This document shows positions 42,451 to 53,777 of a stretch of DNA of 64,000 bases, one piece after another (position 1 is the first letter of the stretch; each line of letters begins with the position of its first letter). The position numbers and the translations under genes are program-made. The DNA lies in assembly GCA_051546255.1 (NCBI GenBank), contig CP128821.1:558001-622000 (forward strand), read 5' to 3'. The stretch is from Meyerozyma guilliermondii (lineage: Eukaryota). Below the pieces are notes generated by a model. That model worked only from the letters and a program-made list of their open reading frames with translations, was not told the DNA's origin and did no database searches.

Positions 42451-43416
42451 TCATACCGCAGGTGCATAGTGCACCGGACACTCTCCGTAGCCCTTCTTGT
42501 TGAACCAGTCTTTGATGCATTTGTAATGAAATACACATAGACATTCGAGTCGGCCCACCTTGTCTCCTGCCTTCAAGTCCTCTAAGCAAATGACACATTC
42601 CTGGTCTAGTTGATTCTTTTCAGACGGCTCTATTGACAGAATAGTATTGACAGAACCAAACACCTCACTTGTAGAGGGAAGTATTTTGACGGTGTCTGCC
42701 GACGTACCTTCTAAATTACTGTTCGGAATGGTTTCGTATTGTGGTTTTGGAATGGGCGGCATGTTGTAGACAAGCATCTTGTTACGGTGTCTTTGCGAGC
42801 CCTTTCGTGGTGAAGATAGCCGCTGATGTTCTGTATTGAAGTCGAAGGCCACAAGACAATCGTCTATATGGCGCTCTTTAAACAAGTCAAAGTCGTGAGA
42901 ACTGGACTCACCACCGCTCAGTTGAGTAGCTCGGCGGAATTCCTTGGCAAGATTGGTGGCGCACACGGGACAAAGATTATGATCTGAATCATTATCGTCG
43001 TTTGTAACTCGAGGAAGTTGCAGTCGAGATGAATTGGTAGACGACGAAACCATCCGGGTAAAAGTATTTCCCGCCGTCTTAGTTGTGCTATTGTTGTCGT
43101 CGCTACTGGCAGCATCCGGAGCAGTATATGGATCGACTTCTTCAGCCAAGGCTCGTCTAATCATCAATGTTGTTTCGACACACTCATCACAAGTGCGATA
43201 CCGTTCCCAGCTTTTCAGACGTGAACAAACACCATTTGGATTCACCACCAAAGTATTGGGAAAATACTGGATCGACTGGTCACTGCAGTTTCCACATACA
43301 ACCCGACCACACTTGCGGCAATGGTGTCTCCGGTTGAAAAAGTTGTAGGTGGATTCACAGAGAAAGCACTGGGTGACGGCATCGTCGTCCTGCCACACTA
43401 GAGAATCGGAGCTCAT
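42451..43416 (-). CDS. PIB1: FYVE + RING-H2 E3 ubiquitin ligase
   Basis: WQDD...RRHHCRKCGRVVC; C-terminal CVICLEDL...LECLCVFHYKCI...CPVH. Confidence 0.93.
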   Translation of the reverse strand: MSSDSLVWQDDDAVTQCFLCESTYNFFNRRHHCRKCGRVVCGNCSDQSIQYFPNTLVVNPNGVCSRLKSWERYRTCDECVETTLMIRRALAEEVDPYTAPDAASSDDNNSTTKTAGNTFTRMVSSSTNSSRLQLPRVTNDDNDSDHNLCPVCATNLAKEFRRATQLSGGESSSHDFDLFKERHIDDCLVAFDFNTEHQRLSSPRKGSQRHRNKMLVYNMPPIPKPQYETIPNSNLEGTSADTVKILPSTSEVFGSVNTILSIEPSEKNQLDQECVICLEDLKAGDKVGRLECLCVFHYKCIKDWFNKKGYGECPVHYAPAV

Positions 43417-43876
43417 AAGAAGGCTGAAAAGATGTGACAATAATGTAGAAACAAGAAACTTGGAAATGTGGAAGAACGGAAGAACCTTGGAAGACGTGGA
43501 AGAAACTGGAAAAACTTGGAAATGTGGCAATATATGTCTTTGGTTTGGTCAGGTATTTAAGGGTCTAGCCAGCGCCACTGTGTTTTTCTTTTTGCGCAAC
43601 TTCCAGTTACTTTCGGGTAGTCAAGAATGTCCTGGGTGCTCCCAGTGGCTCTCAGACGCTGTGGCAAGTTTGGTTATGAAAAAACGAGTATTTGTAATGT
43701 TATGCCCGGGGTGATATAGCTTATCATGATCTGACGAGCCACATTTCTGCAGGATCACACTTGAATATCTGCAGGAACACACATCGACATCCTAACACCG
43801 CAACCAAATCTAAGAACAGTTCAGTTTGTGTATCTGCAGGTTGGTTCTTCAGTCTTTCTGTTCTTTTAAATTTGGT

Positions 43877-44389
43877 ATGTCGGACCGATTGACCCAGCTC
43901 CAGGTTTGTTTGGACCAGCTCGTCGAGCAGTTTAACGCCACCGTCAACTATGTGAACACAAACTGTGAAAATGCCCTTTTAGACGACGATCCAATGTCCG
44001 TTTCCAACTTGGCAGCAGCTGCTCCTCTTCCTGGCCAACAGCAACAAGCCACTCCAGCCGGTAGTAATCGCCAAACCAACGCTGCCAACTCAGTATCGAA
44101 CCAGCCGACTGCACACGCAGAAGCAGAGACCAATTTTGAGAATACAATTAGTGAACTTTCCACGGATCTCATCTTAAAGTCTCGTCAGATCACCATGTTA
44201 ATAGATTCACTTCCTGGTATAGGTGTAGCACCTGAGACCCAATTTGAGATGCTCCAGAAGTTGTCCAAAGAGCTCCAGGACGTGGAAAAAGAGCGCAAGG
44301 AAAAAATCAAAGAGAAGGACCAGTTGTTGAAAAAGTGTGAGCACTTGATAGTGCAGTTGTCCAACGGGATTCTGACCACAAGAAACTGA
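43877..44389 (+). CDS. SRB7: Mediator subunit Med21
   Basis: [24 protein letters not shown]. Confidence 0.95.
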   Translation: MSDRLTQLQVCLDQLVEQFNATVNYVNTNCENALLDDDPMSVSNLAAAAPLPGQQQQATPAGSNRQTNAANSVSNQPTAHAEAETNFENTISELSTDLILKSRQITMLIDSLPGIGVAPETQFEMLQKLSKELQDVEKERKEKIKEKDQLLKKCEHLIVQLSNGILTTRN

Positions 44390-44693
44390 AAAAGGAAGAG
44401 GGAGCTGTAGTATAATGGAAGTGCGGTGTGGAATTGATGGAAGCATCGGACAAATAGAATGTAAATTATGACGTGAGCGTTGGTGGAAAATGAGTTACCA
44501 TTGTAATTTAAGAAGATAGCAAAATGAACTTTACGAATACTTCTGGAAATGAGATACAGAGATAGGTATGGATAATACACTTAGTTAATGATAAGAGGCG
44601 GTGTGACAATTTGAGCTATGTTGAAGTTTCGGTATGAAAAGATACTATTGAACCTATCAGTAGAATGAGCATACTGTATGACTAGTAATTTTC

Positions 44694-46907
44694 CTACTCA
44701 AAAACACTGCAATCGAAATCCCAAATACCTCTGGCACCAAGACATCCTTCCCGAGTCCACGCAGTGCCGTAGATAATAGGGAGCAACCTGATAAAGTAGT
44801 AAATACTGCCTGCCACAATCGAGGCCAAAACAGCATATCCCACCCATCTTCTTTGGCTCACTTGGTACTCTGCAAATTGAACAAGTAGAAGAACCGAAAA
44901 GTACAAAGGTACCAAATAATGGTGCATGTACAACTCACGGGTCATCCAGAAATATGGAAAATAGTGTAGTACCCATCCCATCAAGAATCGGAAACTGCTT
45001 CGATGGTAAATTTCTTGGGTTGCATTTTGATCTGGGATCTTGAATGGATTCAAGGCAATGATCAAGTATAGACCTTTGGAAAATACCACAATGATGATGG
45101 TGATGAAAGCAGCAATGTAGATGACAGGGTTTCCAATAAGATAGATATGCAGCCCCAGCTCGTCAGAGTTATTTCCACCACGAGCCGATCTATGTGTAAA
45201 ATAGTTGATTCCTCTGGTCAAAAAGGGCCATGACTCGGGGGTCGACGCATATGGATGTTTCTTTCCAGAGAGCCCTGCGTTTACTCTCCACATGACAACA
45301 TGATACTCCCACAATTTGTCAAAAAATGTGAGATTTTTATAGTGTACCCGTTCGTACTTGTCATCGTTATCTGTGAGTGGGTGCGAGTTGGACGCCACAT
45401 ACCACATGGTATTAGGAATCGTGGGCTCGTCAACACAAAGAACCTCGTTCTGAAAGTGGCCCCATTCTGGTAGCTTATCCTTGTGGCTCATAACAACACA
45501 CAGAGTACCTCGGTGTATCAACTGAAATATGGTCTCTGTAGCACGAAGCTTTATCATGGGTAAATCGTTTTTCGAGTGGGACTTTTTAGCAAGAATTCTT
45601 ATGGTGAACTCATAGTTGGAATCTCCCAACAAATCGCGATCACCAGCACACGAAACTTCGTTGGAGTAGTCATGCTCCGAAATTGGAGGTCTCACATCAT
45701 TGACATGGAGATACTTGCCTGTAAATTTATGGTATAATCGTACCACATCACCATCCTTAACTTCTTTATAATCCTTTTGTAAAGCTCCCTCAGGTGTTTT
45801 GTTTTGTGTCTCAATTATCCATTCATTATTCCCGTCAAAAGACTGCCCATACAAAGTTACCTGCTGCTCTCCAGATCCACCCTTGTATGTAAAATTGTGC
45901 GAATGGAGATAGAAGTCTAAACTGTTATGCTTGATAGTCACAGTGCTTCCATAGAGAACTTGAACAGGCATCGCTTGGGTAGCGTCTTTGAAAGTAGCTT
46001 GAAAACTTGGAGAAAGCATTCCAGAGGCCAGACCACCGTAAGGAAGAAGGTGGAAATGAACCGCAAACAAACTGCAGTAGATTGTAAGTGGCAATGCTAC
46101 GAAGGCACCAAGTCTTACACCTAGATGTGCAAACCATTTACGGTCTGATACATCGAGATCACCAAGCAAATTCCACAATTGCAGAACACTTATACAGGCA
46201 ACCCAAGCTGCTGTGAAAAAGCCCACCCATTTGATAGACATGGCAGCTCCAAGCCCCAAACCAGCTACTATTATAAACTGGTACCACTTCCTCGTGAATG
46301 GAGTTACCAAATCAGCCTTTTGAATTGCAAACACTGTAAGACTGATAGCGAATATCAATGGAGCGTCGATCAAAATCAACCGCGATTGCGTCACTAACGA
46401 GTTTTCAATGGCTACCAAGAAGGCTCCCGTAAACGAGATCCAACTTCTGCATCCTGAAACACGAAGTAGACGATATGATAACACAATTGCGAGTATTCCA
46501 CATACCACGGGAAACAAACGAAGGGCCACATAAGGTAAACTTGGATCAAATTTGTCTCCAACCTTAAGAGTATCAGCATTCGCTCCTGGAGAGAGGAATA
46601 ACGTAATCCAATAAAATATCAATTTGGCCAAAGGAGGATGGACATCAACGAAAAAGTCACCATGAAGGTAGTCCAGTGCGTAGCCTAGGTAATGGACTTC
46701 ATCGAATACCGCTCGTGGAGGAGTGGGTAACTTGTATGCTCGGACTATGATTCCAACAGCCACTAGGATTAGCATAAAAAGTTTGTCCTTTCGTGAAACC
46801 TTGCCATTCTTTAGCAATTGCAGATCGACAAACGTGGAGTAGAAAGGTCTTGAAACTCCCTGCTTGTAACCCGCAGGTAGTTTACTTCTTGCCCCAGAAT
46901 CGCCCAT
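44694..46907 (-). CDS. Dol-P-Man protein O-mannosyltransferase family (GT39 + MIR); probably the divergent PMT5/PMT7-type member
   Basis: VFDEVH, FVDVHPPLAKL, MIR repeats, HPYASTPESWP, YMHHY; flanked by SRB7 and a YDR306C-like gene. Confidence 0.9.
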   Translation of the reverse strand: MGDSGARSKLPAGYKQGVSRPFYSTFVDLQLLKNGKVSRKDKLFMLILVAVGIIVRAYKLPTPPRAVFDEVHYLGYALDYLHGDFFVDVHPPLAKLIFYWITLFLSPGANADTLKVGDKFDPSLPYVALRLFPVVCGILAIVLSYRLLRVSGCRSWISFTGAFLVAIENSLVTQSRLILIDAPLIFAISLTVFAIQKADLVTPFTRKWYQFIIVAGLGLGAAMSIKWVGFFTAAWVACISVLQLWNLLGDLDVSDRKWFAHLGVRLGAFVALPLTIYCSLFAVHFHLLPYGGLASGMLSPSFQATFKDATQAMPVQVLYGSTVTIKHNSLDFYLHSHNFTYKGGSGEQQVTLYGQSFDGNNEWIIETQNKTPEGALQKDYKEVKDGDVVRLYHKFTGKYLHVNDVRPPISEHDYSNEVSCAGDRDLLGDSNYEFTIRILAKKSHSKNDLPMIKLRATETIFQLIHRGTLCVVMSHKDKLPEWGHFQNEVLCVDEPTIPNTMWYVASNSHPLTDNDDKYERVHYKNLTFFDKLWEYHVVMWRVNAGLSGKKHPYASTPESWPFLTRGINYFTHRSARGGNNSDELGLHIYLIGNPVIYIAAFITIIIVVFSKGLYLIIALNPFKIPDQNATQEIYHRSSFRFLMGWVLHYFPYFWMTRELYMHHYLVPLYFSVLLLVQFAEYQVSQRRWVGYAVLASIVAGSIYYFIRLLPIIYGTAWTREGCLGARGIWDFDCSVFE

Positions 46908-46980
46908 AACGAGCTTCAGCCTCAATCTGAATTTATTCAGTGTGTATGCAGGCCATTCGATGTTGCAAAATCGTTACCAA

Positions 46981-48354
46981 TTAGTATCCAATATACAACC
47001 CACCTCCCCGGTCGTCTAGCTCATCCACAATGTAGGAGACGTATTCAGACTGTGGGTCCCATCCTAGCTTGGCAGTACAACGAATATTTTTCAACATAGG
47101 CAATCGATCTTCGTTCAATGCGATCGCCAAATCGATCGGCTCGAGTCTCGTAGAGGTGCCCAACATTCCACTGCAATCAATGTAGAGGGTACGAAGAGGG
47201 CGCTTGTAGGGCACATGCACTAGCGTATCGTCGTCGAAAAATGTGCTGGATACATAATCCACAGAAATTTCGAGGACCAAGAGATTTGGGCAAAAAATGA
47301 AGACACGATCTAACGTACCCTCGTTGAATTTGGGCATAGGATACTGAACTTTGAGCAGCCGTAGGTTCTCGCCCACCTGTGAAAGTATGAATTGGAAGCC
47401 TGCTTCCGTGATGGAAGGACAATGCGAAAACTCAAGTTGAGTGATAGTCAGCGGGATGCGAGCACGGTGGAAAAATTCATCGCTTATGCCACCTGATATG
47501 CGAAGAAAGCTCAACCGAGGAGGCCAAACGATGTTCTCAAAGTTGGTTATTTCCACAGATGACCGCGGAAATGAGAGATGTACAAGTTCATCGAGATGTC
47601 GTATGGAGTCGAAAAGTTCCTCGAGATTGAGCGTTTCGGAAACAAGTCTTAAGTCTAGCACACGTAGCCTGTGACAGTGCTTGAGTGCCAATAAAGGACC
47701 GAAGCCAAAGCTGGTTTGAGGTGCAACAAATAGCTCTAGACTTCCTCTTGAATGCTTGAGGAGCTTGGCAACAAAGGCATTTTTTCCTGTTTGTATGATG
47801 TAAGAAAGATCAAGCTCCTTAATGTAGCTTCCTAGACGCTTCTTAGAAGATATGGTTTCGACAAATGCAAAGAAATTGGTGGCTCTTAGATATGGGCTCC
47901 GATATATCATGGGTAGCACTAGTTGATAGAACAACTTGCAAACACGCAAATGTCGAGCTTTCAACTTGCCCCAAGCGTTCAAGATTTCAAGTATACGCTC
48001 GATAATCTCGATGGGCATGTTCATGAGTGGCGACAGAGACATTTCAAGATCCACCTGCATTACATTATGAGGGCGATGGAGACAATGGTGGAGTACATCG
48101 ACCTTCTGGAATTGAGATCTTGGCCACATCTGGCCATTAGGAGCCTTGGAGTTGGTCAAGACGTACACGGATTGGATATTGATGTTCGTTTTCTTATCAA
48201 AATCTCGGTGATTTCCATACTGATCATCTACTGGAGCACCGTTTTCTTCTTCGTTTTCCGAGTCAGCGTCACTTCGGTGACCTGTAAAGTCAGACTTGTA
48301 TACATACCTCCTATACGGAGGCCGTATCTTCTTTGGCCGTCGTTTGTTAGCAAT
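46981..48354 (-). CDS. F-box/LRR protein (YDR306C-like); frame open from ATT 48354, first ATG at 48129
   Basis: F-box MPIEIIERIL, FVAPQTSFG, LDLRLVSET, HLSFPRSS; hand translation upstream of the ORF-track start gives IANKRRPKKIRPPYRRYV. Confidence 0.85.
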   Translation of the reverse strand: MANKRRPKKIRPPYRRYVYKSDFTGHRSDADSENEEENGAPVDDQYGNHRDFDKKTNINIQSVYVLTNSKAPNGQMWPRSQFQKVDVLHHCLHRPHNVMQVDLEMSLSPLMNMPIEIIERILEILNAWGKLKARHLRVCKLFYQLVLPMIYRSPYLRATNFFAFVETISSKKRLGSYIKELDLSYIIQTGKNAFVAKLLKHSRGSLELFVAPQTSFGFGPLLALKHCHRLRVLDLRLVSETLNLEELFDSIRHLDELVHLSFPRSSVEITNFENIVWPPRLSFLRISGGISDEFFHRARIPLTITQLEFSHCPSITEAGFQFILSQVGENLRLLKVQYPMPKFNEGTLDRVFIFCPNLLVLEISVDYVSSTFFDDDTLVHVPYKRPLRTLYIDCSGMLGTSTRLEPIDLAIALNEDRLPMLKNIRCTAKLGWDPQSEYVSYIVDELDDRGGGLYIGY

Positions 48355-48460
48355 TTTGAATAGTTAGCTAGGTCTGCTGCTCCGAACTGCTTATTCATGT
48401 TCCTGACATAAGCGATGGCGCACCTACCTGCAGTCGGAGCAGCTAAGATAAGTGGAACCT

Positions 48461-49531
48461 TTACGAACCCACAAGCTGAAGCGGCCGGAGTTCATCCCTT
48501 TCCCTGTTAAGAATGTAGGTGCTTGCTTGAGTCCATAGATAGCCACAAATAACCAAGCAATTGAAGTGCACGCGCTGAAAAATGTACAAGAACTTGCGAG
48601 CCATTTTGTACGGAGATGCAGCAACCCTTACGAGATAGTTGATCCCGCTGTTGGTATAAAATGAGTTTCTAGGCTTGGAACTTGATGGATTTGCCATTGG
48701 ACTCTCTTGGCCTATCAACGTATGTGCACTTGAAGCTTGTGACAGAGCGCTTTCCACGGCCTTTTTGGAGTCGGCTTGACGTAAAATAGAACGAGGAGAG
48801 GGACCATGCAACGATTTGCCGTGGAAGTGAGAAAGCGTACTTTTTCCTTGAACTTCTGTTCTGAAGTCAGCCGAAGAAGACTGTAGATGAGCCAGGCTCC
48901 ATTTTGCGCTCATTGGATATGGTCGAATTGTGATTCGTTTGGAGTAATTCGGGGAGTTAATGAGCTGCTGTTCGACACGATGGAGCTGACCGTCATAGTA
49001 CTGGAATCTGTCACGAATAATTCTTTTGAAGTAGTAGTTTTTTTGCCGCTCAAATGCAACGATTGACTGTAAAACTCGCACATTCGCCATAACTTTTTCT
49101 TCGGAATTTTCACCGTCCTTTTGAGGTTGTTTTGATTCCAACTCCGAGTTCCCAAAAACAAGGAGAAACAAGCGAGGAATGCTCCACAAACTGAAAATTG
49201 CAAGGTTGATATTGCTGAAAACAAAAGGAACCAGTGACGAACTGATACATATTCCTTTGCGGATCCACACCAAAAAAAAGTACTGTAGAACATGCCAAAC
49301 AAAGATCATTCCGCAAATAGTTCCGTAGCCACTCAAAGTCAATTTTTGTTTGAAAAGTTGCTCCAAAAGATTCCAAATCGCTTCATTGACAAATAACACG
49401 AACAGCCCCGCCGAAAAAAGAACGGTCATATTGTACATAAAAATCAGATTCACCAAGCCCTCGTCAAAATAGAGCATTATCAGAGTGGGCGCAAGCAAAA
49501 CAAACAGTAAAATAAAGAAAAAGAACCGCAT
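48461..49531 (-). CDS. Hypothetical membrane protein (about 4 N-terminal TMs, Ser-rich tail), not recognised
   Basis: 356-aa ATG ORF filling the gap between two genes. Confidence 0.6.
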   Translation of the reverse strand: MRFFFFILLFVLLAPTLIMLYFDEGLVNLIFMYNMTVLFSAGLFVLFVNEAIWNLLEQLFKQKLTLSGYGTICGMIFVWHVLQYFFLVWIRKGICISSSLVPFVFSNINLAIFSLWSIPRLFLLVFGNSELESKQPQKDGENSEEKVMANVRVLQSIVAFERQKNYYFKRIIRDRFQYYDGQLHRVEQQLINSPNYSKRITIRPYPMSAKWSLAHLQSSSADFRTEVQGKSTLSHFHGKSLHGPSPRSILRQADSKKAVESALSQASSAHTLIGQESPMANPSSSKPRNSFYTNSGINYLVRVAASPYKMARKFLYIFQRVHFNCLVICGYLWTQASTYILNRERDELRPLQLVGS

Positions 49532-49704
49532 TAATTTTAAGGGTTGTTAACTTTGAGTGGTGGTGGAGATTTTTGCAACCAAATGCGGCGGCCTGCACAC
49601 AGCCCGGTGTGGATCCGTCGTGTGCCACATCAATGTTACACAAAGGGCCCAATGGGGAAAATGAGAAAAATTTTTCGCCCCTCAAGACTAGTGATACTTG
49701 CACC

Positions 49705-49953
49705 ATGGTTTTAGTACAAGATTTATTGAACCCCAACCCTGCCTCTGAGGCCAAAAAGCACAAGTTGAAAACCTTGGTTCCCCAGCCAAGATCCTACTTT
49801 ATGGATGTTAAATGCCAGGGATGTTTGAACATCACCACCGTATTTTCCCACGCCCAAACTGCCGTTACTTGTGACAACTGTTCCACTGTTTTGTGTACGC
49901 CAACCGGAGGTAAGGCTAAGTTGACTGAGGGCTCTTCGTACAGAAGAAAGTAG
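49705..49953 (+). CDS. RPS27: 40S ribosomal protein eS27, intronless
   Basis: [10 protein letters not shown]...[11 protein letters not shown]...[13 protein letters not shown]. Confidence 0.98.
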   Translation: MVLVQDLLNPNPASEAKKHKLKTLVPQPRSYFMDVKCQGCLNITTVFSHAQTAVTCDNCSTVLCTPTGGKAKLTEGSSYRRK

Positions 49954-50379
49954 GGGGTGGTGAGTAATGACAGCATGACAGTTCGAGACTGGACCATAGT
50001 TCATAGAACATAATAAAAGTAAGGAAAGAGAAGAATGTAGTGAGGAGAAGGAAGGCAAGAAGGGAAAGGGAAAGAGAAAGGAGAAGAGAAAGAAGAATTG
50101 TGAGTTAACTTCTTATGTTGACTTACGTTGGAGTGCGAATCAGTTCGCGACTATCAAGTATACGATTGCTGGTGATAACACTTTAGTCAATTGCTTTAAA
50201 ATAACGTCTTCTAGCTGTTATGAGCCAGCTAGTTTGGTTAAATTTGCATTCTTCCATTTTTCTTTTACTTTTCTTCCATTTTTCATTTTCTCATTTTTAC
50301 CTTCATTGACCTTTGTGGTTATATAGGACGTATTTTCAAAAAAATTATACCATTACTATGTCTCTTATTTCTATTTACA

Positions 50380-52734
50380 TTACTTTCCATCGTATTTCCT
50401 AGGATCAACATCAAATTTAGCCCGTTTTCCCTGCAATTTGTACTTCTTAGACGACTCTACGGCCGTAGCCAACTCGTCGGCCAAATGGTCCACTTTTGTC
50501 TCAAAATCGTCTTCTGAAGAACTTACCAACTTCTTCCATTGCTTCTTGCGCTCCTCCTTCAATGCTGACTTTCTTTGGGTGCGTGCTAAAACATCCAATT
50601 TCTTCTTGGCATCTTCACTTATACTGCTTTTTACAATGACACTTTTCTTTCCAAGTCCCCATGAATCTCCTCTTTCTGCCTTTCTGGCATCATGAAACTC
50701 TTGCTTGCCCAAACTCTTTGGCACCTGCCATGTCTCTATGTTTCCAGAAGGTGCACAAACGTTGATTTTGACATTATTTTTCACTTTCTTTGGATTCTCA
50801 ATAATCCGGGGCCAACTACCAATATCAGTCAATTTTGACAAATTAGCTTCTTTTGAACGACGTTCTTGGTCAATTCGCTTAATTGTCTCTTCATCATTAC
50901 GGGATCTTTGTGCAACGAGATAGGAATAGTTTCCAACTTCAGTATTATTACCTCCTGGTCTGCCGGAACCCTCAAGATCTCGAAGCGTTTTTTTGGAAAT
51001 ATTGCCCAATCCAAACCCATCTTCAGCAGTCTTGTCCCACGCGGTCGCTAAGCGCTTACCACGCTTGAGTTCCATTGTGAATTTAGGTCTTTCAATTGTC
51101 TTTGAAAATGAGCAAAAATTGAACCTGTGCTTGTGTGAAGGTATTTTGTAATACTTGGGGTCACCAAGTTGTAAGGGACACTTTCTGTGGTGGGAACATG
51201 GTGCTATAATACTGATATGGTAGTCCATAGCTGCCTTTGGATCCTGGAAAGTTTCTTCAATAAGTTCAAAATCATCGTTGTCTTCGAATTCAAATTTCAA
51301 CTCTTCATTTGTGGCTTGTCCATGTTCAGCAATGATCTGTTTTTCAAAATCAGATACAAGCTCGTCTTCAAGCCCTTCACTCTCTTCATTCTCTTCATGC
51401 TCTTCTTCTTCATTCTCCTTCTCAAGTTCCCTCAACATCCTTTTCTCAAATTCAATGTCCTCGTCGGATATCATTTGGTCTTCGTTTCTCAATTTTTGCG
51501 GCTTGACACTCGAACCTTTGATGTAAGGACGAGGGATCTTTCCGTGCTCCGCCTGATACGACTCTGGTCTCAACATCACCTGCCGAGCACGAGCAATGGT
51601 CTCAAATCCAAGCGCATTACCTCTTTCGATCAACGCCAAATGTCCTCCTGGGCTGAGAAGTCGTAAGATGGAGTGGATGTTGATGTCGATGTCTCGGGGA
51701 AAACTGTACTCTCTTGTGAGCAAAGCACGGTTCACGATGATAAGATCGTATTGTTTAGCCAAGGGCAAGGTATCCCGTAGTTTTGTGCGAATACGAATGG
51801 CCGAAGTGTCGATGGAACCGAGTTCGGTTTCGAATTCGGATTCGGTTTCAGATTCTGTTTCTGTTTCTGTTTCCATTTCACTTCCTACTTCAGTTTCAGC
51901 TTTGGTTACTCTTTCAGCTTCAGTTTCAATCTCAGATTCTTCTATCTTTTCTGTCATTTCTGTCTCTGTCTCTTCTGTATCTTTTTGCTCGCTGACCTGT
52001 CTGGACAAAATGATCTTTGCTCGTTTCTTCATTTCAGAGTTCCGGCGCCCTATTATATAACTTTCTGTTTCCACTGGAGAATAGTCGTCACCCATGATTT
52101 CATTGAGCGCAACCATCCCCACAGCAGGACCATAACCCACATCTAGAACTTTGAGAGGGTGAAAGTTTTCGGATCTTTTTTGGATCTCAAGAAGAACCTG
52201 TCGAGCATGAGCGTAATCTTGAAGAAAGAGAGCAGCAATATGAGCATCTGCTTCAAGTCCTGTTTCTGGAGCCTTTTGTATTTGGTCTTTTCCCAAAGCC
52301 TGGTATAGCAAAGCAGCTTTTTCTCGAAGTCTATCGGGCGCCGTGAGTGCTAGTATCTCGTTATTTATAGTCTTGGCAATTTCATACGGAAGTTTGGTGA
52401 CATTTTGATCGACTCTTCCTAGCAAAGTCAAGTCATGTAAACGGGCTTCTTTAGCATTTTTTCCCTTTAGGAGAACACCCTCAGCATCTCGGAACGGAGA
52501 CAGTGTAATATATGGAGTATCTCTGTCGAAAACTCGGCCGGAATCCGATTCTAATTGATCATCTTTCTTTAGTCGGTCGCTGCGAACAATCTGACCAAAA
52601 GTTTCGCTGTGACGACGTTGGTTAAACGGCAAATCGTTACTCTGAGCGTTTCTACACGGTGCAAAGACCACGAAACGCCGGTTTCCCGGCCTCGAAAATC
52701 CACGTGGAGCCCTAGATCGGAGTCTTAGTAGCAT
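50380..52734 (-). CDS. RSM22: Mitoribosome small-subunit methyltransferase-like factor (Rsm22/METTL17)
   Basis: Arg-rich presequence, VLDVGYGP, IIAPCSHHRKCPL, CSF, WPRII, ARKAERGDSW; internal E/T repeat. Confidence 0.92.
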   Translation of the reverse strand: MLLRLRSRAPRGFSRPGNRRFVVFAPCRNAQSNDLPFNQRRHSETFGQIVRSDRLKKDDQLESDSGRVFDRDTPYITLSPFRDAEGVLLKGKNAKEARLHDLTLLGRVDQNVTKLPYEIAKTINNEILALTAPDRLREKAALLYQALGKDQIQKAPETGLEADAHIAALFLQDYAHARQVLLEIQKRSENFHPLKVLDVGYGPAVGMVALNEIMGDDYSPVETESYIIGRRNSEMKKRAKIILSRQVSEQKDTEETETEMTEKIEESEIETEAERVTKAETEVGSEMETETETESETESEFETELGSIDTSAIRIRTKLRDTLPLAKQYDLIIVNRALLTREYSFPRDIDINIHSILRLLSPGGHLALIERGNALGFETIARARQVMLRPESYQAEHGKIPRPYIKGSSVKPQKLRNEDQMISDEDIEFEKRMLRELEKENEEEEHEENEESEGLEDELVSDFEKQIIAEHGQATNEELKFEFEDNDDFELIEETFQDPKAAMDYHISIIAPCSHHRKCPLQLGDPKYYKIPSHKHRFNFCSFSKTIERPKFTMELKRGKRLATAWDKTAEDGFGLGNISKKTLRDLEGSGRPGGNNTEVGNYSYLVAQRSRNDEETIKRIDQERRSKEANLSKLTDIGSWPRIIENPKKVKNNVKINVCAPSGNIETWQVPKSLGKQEFHDARKAERGDSWGLGKKSVIVKSSISEDAKKKLDVLARTQRKSALKEERKKQWKKLVSSSEDDFETKVDHLADELATAVESSKKYKLQGKRAKFDVDPRKYDGK

Positions 52735-52849
52735 GATCTCAGCTCCATTTTCAGACAGCCTCATCGCACCCCAGTTGAGTCACGTGCCAGATTTGTTGAA
52801 GTTCGCGAAACAAATCCACAGCAGCCAATTACACAAGCACACCACTGAG

Positions 52850-53578
52850 ATGTCATTTTTACGAATTGGGCTTTCGGTGACGCTCGGGGCGTCGTTGATG
52901 CATTTTTCCACACCACCATTACTTTGTGAGACGAAAAGAAGGTTCTACGATGACGAAAATGCCGTAAATCCCGTTCCTGGCACCGTCACCAAATCGGCCG
53001 GGACCGAATTGGAAGCCATGGGGCCAAGTAAACTTGTTGATGGGGCTTCCGTGCGCACGTCTTCGACCTTGGAATCTGCCATTAAGTCGACAAGACTTTT
53101 CGCCGCTCAATCGGCCGAAAATATTAGCTCCTATGTTGATGAAGCCTACGCCAAATATCACAGTGCCGAGAAATCAATAACCTCCACAGCCAGCAAGCTC
53201 CACGACCGGTCCGAGGACTTGTTGCCGAACTCGATTTACATTGTTGTGGCGACTTTGAGTGGAAATATTGCTGCTCGTCAGCGTGGAATTTTGGCCAAAA
53301 TGACATTTCCAGTCGTTTTCGGTCTTGCTGCCTTCCGTTACTTTCTTCCACAAACCTTTTCCAACACGGCGTTCTTTGCATGGAAACTCGAGCAGGAAAA
53401 CCTTCCACAGATTGCCAAACAACAGCTGGCGGCAGTGGATTCGGCCGTAGGAATGGTTAACTCTGTAGAAAGAAAGACCAAAGACGGACAGACATATATT
53501 GGAAACAGTGTTGAGTCACTCAAGAAGTCGATTGCGGATGTGACAGGTGTGGATATTGACGCCGATGCAAGAAAATAG
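52850..53578 (+). CDS. MICOS subunit, ApoO family (Mic26/Mic27)
   Basis: KRRFYDD, EDLLPNSIYIVVATLSGNIAAR, FRYFLPQT. Confidence 0.82.
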   Translation: MSFLRIGLSVTLGASLMHFSTPPLLCETKRRFYDDENAVNPVPGTVTKSAGTELEAMGPSKLVDGASVRTSSTLESAIKSTRLFAAQSAENISSYVDEAYAKYHSAEKSITSTASKLHDRSEDLLPNSIYIVVATLSGNIAARQRGILAKMTFPVVFGLAAFRYFLPQTFSNTAFFAWKLEQENLPQIAKQQLAAVDSAVGMVNSVERKTKDGQTYIGNSVESLKKSIADVTGVDIDADARK

Positions 53579-53777
53579 AGAGGTTACTGAAAATATAGGA
53601 ATAGCAGTAATTGTGTTGTATGCTTCTGTCTATTTGTTCTCTGTTCTTTACTCTGTTCTATTAACTTCAGTTCAGTTCAGTTCTTTCTATATTTTCTTCA
53701 TTCTTCTTTCTGTCTTTCTCCTCTATCTATATACATGCCATTTGTGTCAAGCCACAAACTCGCTTTTTCTTTATACT

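Noticed and set aside
43660..43743. Possible box C/D snoRNA (TGTGGC...GTTATGA...CTGA...GCCACA)
   Set aside because: The C box is mismatched and poorly spaced, and I could not recognise an rRNA-complementary guide.
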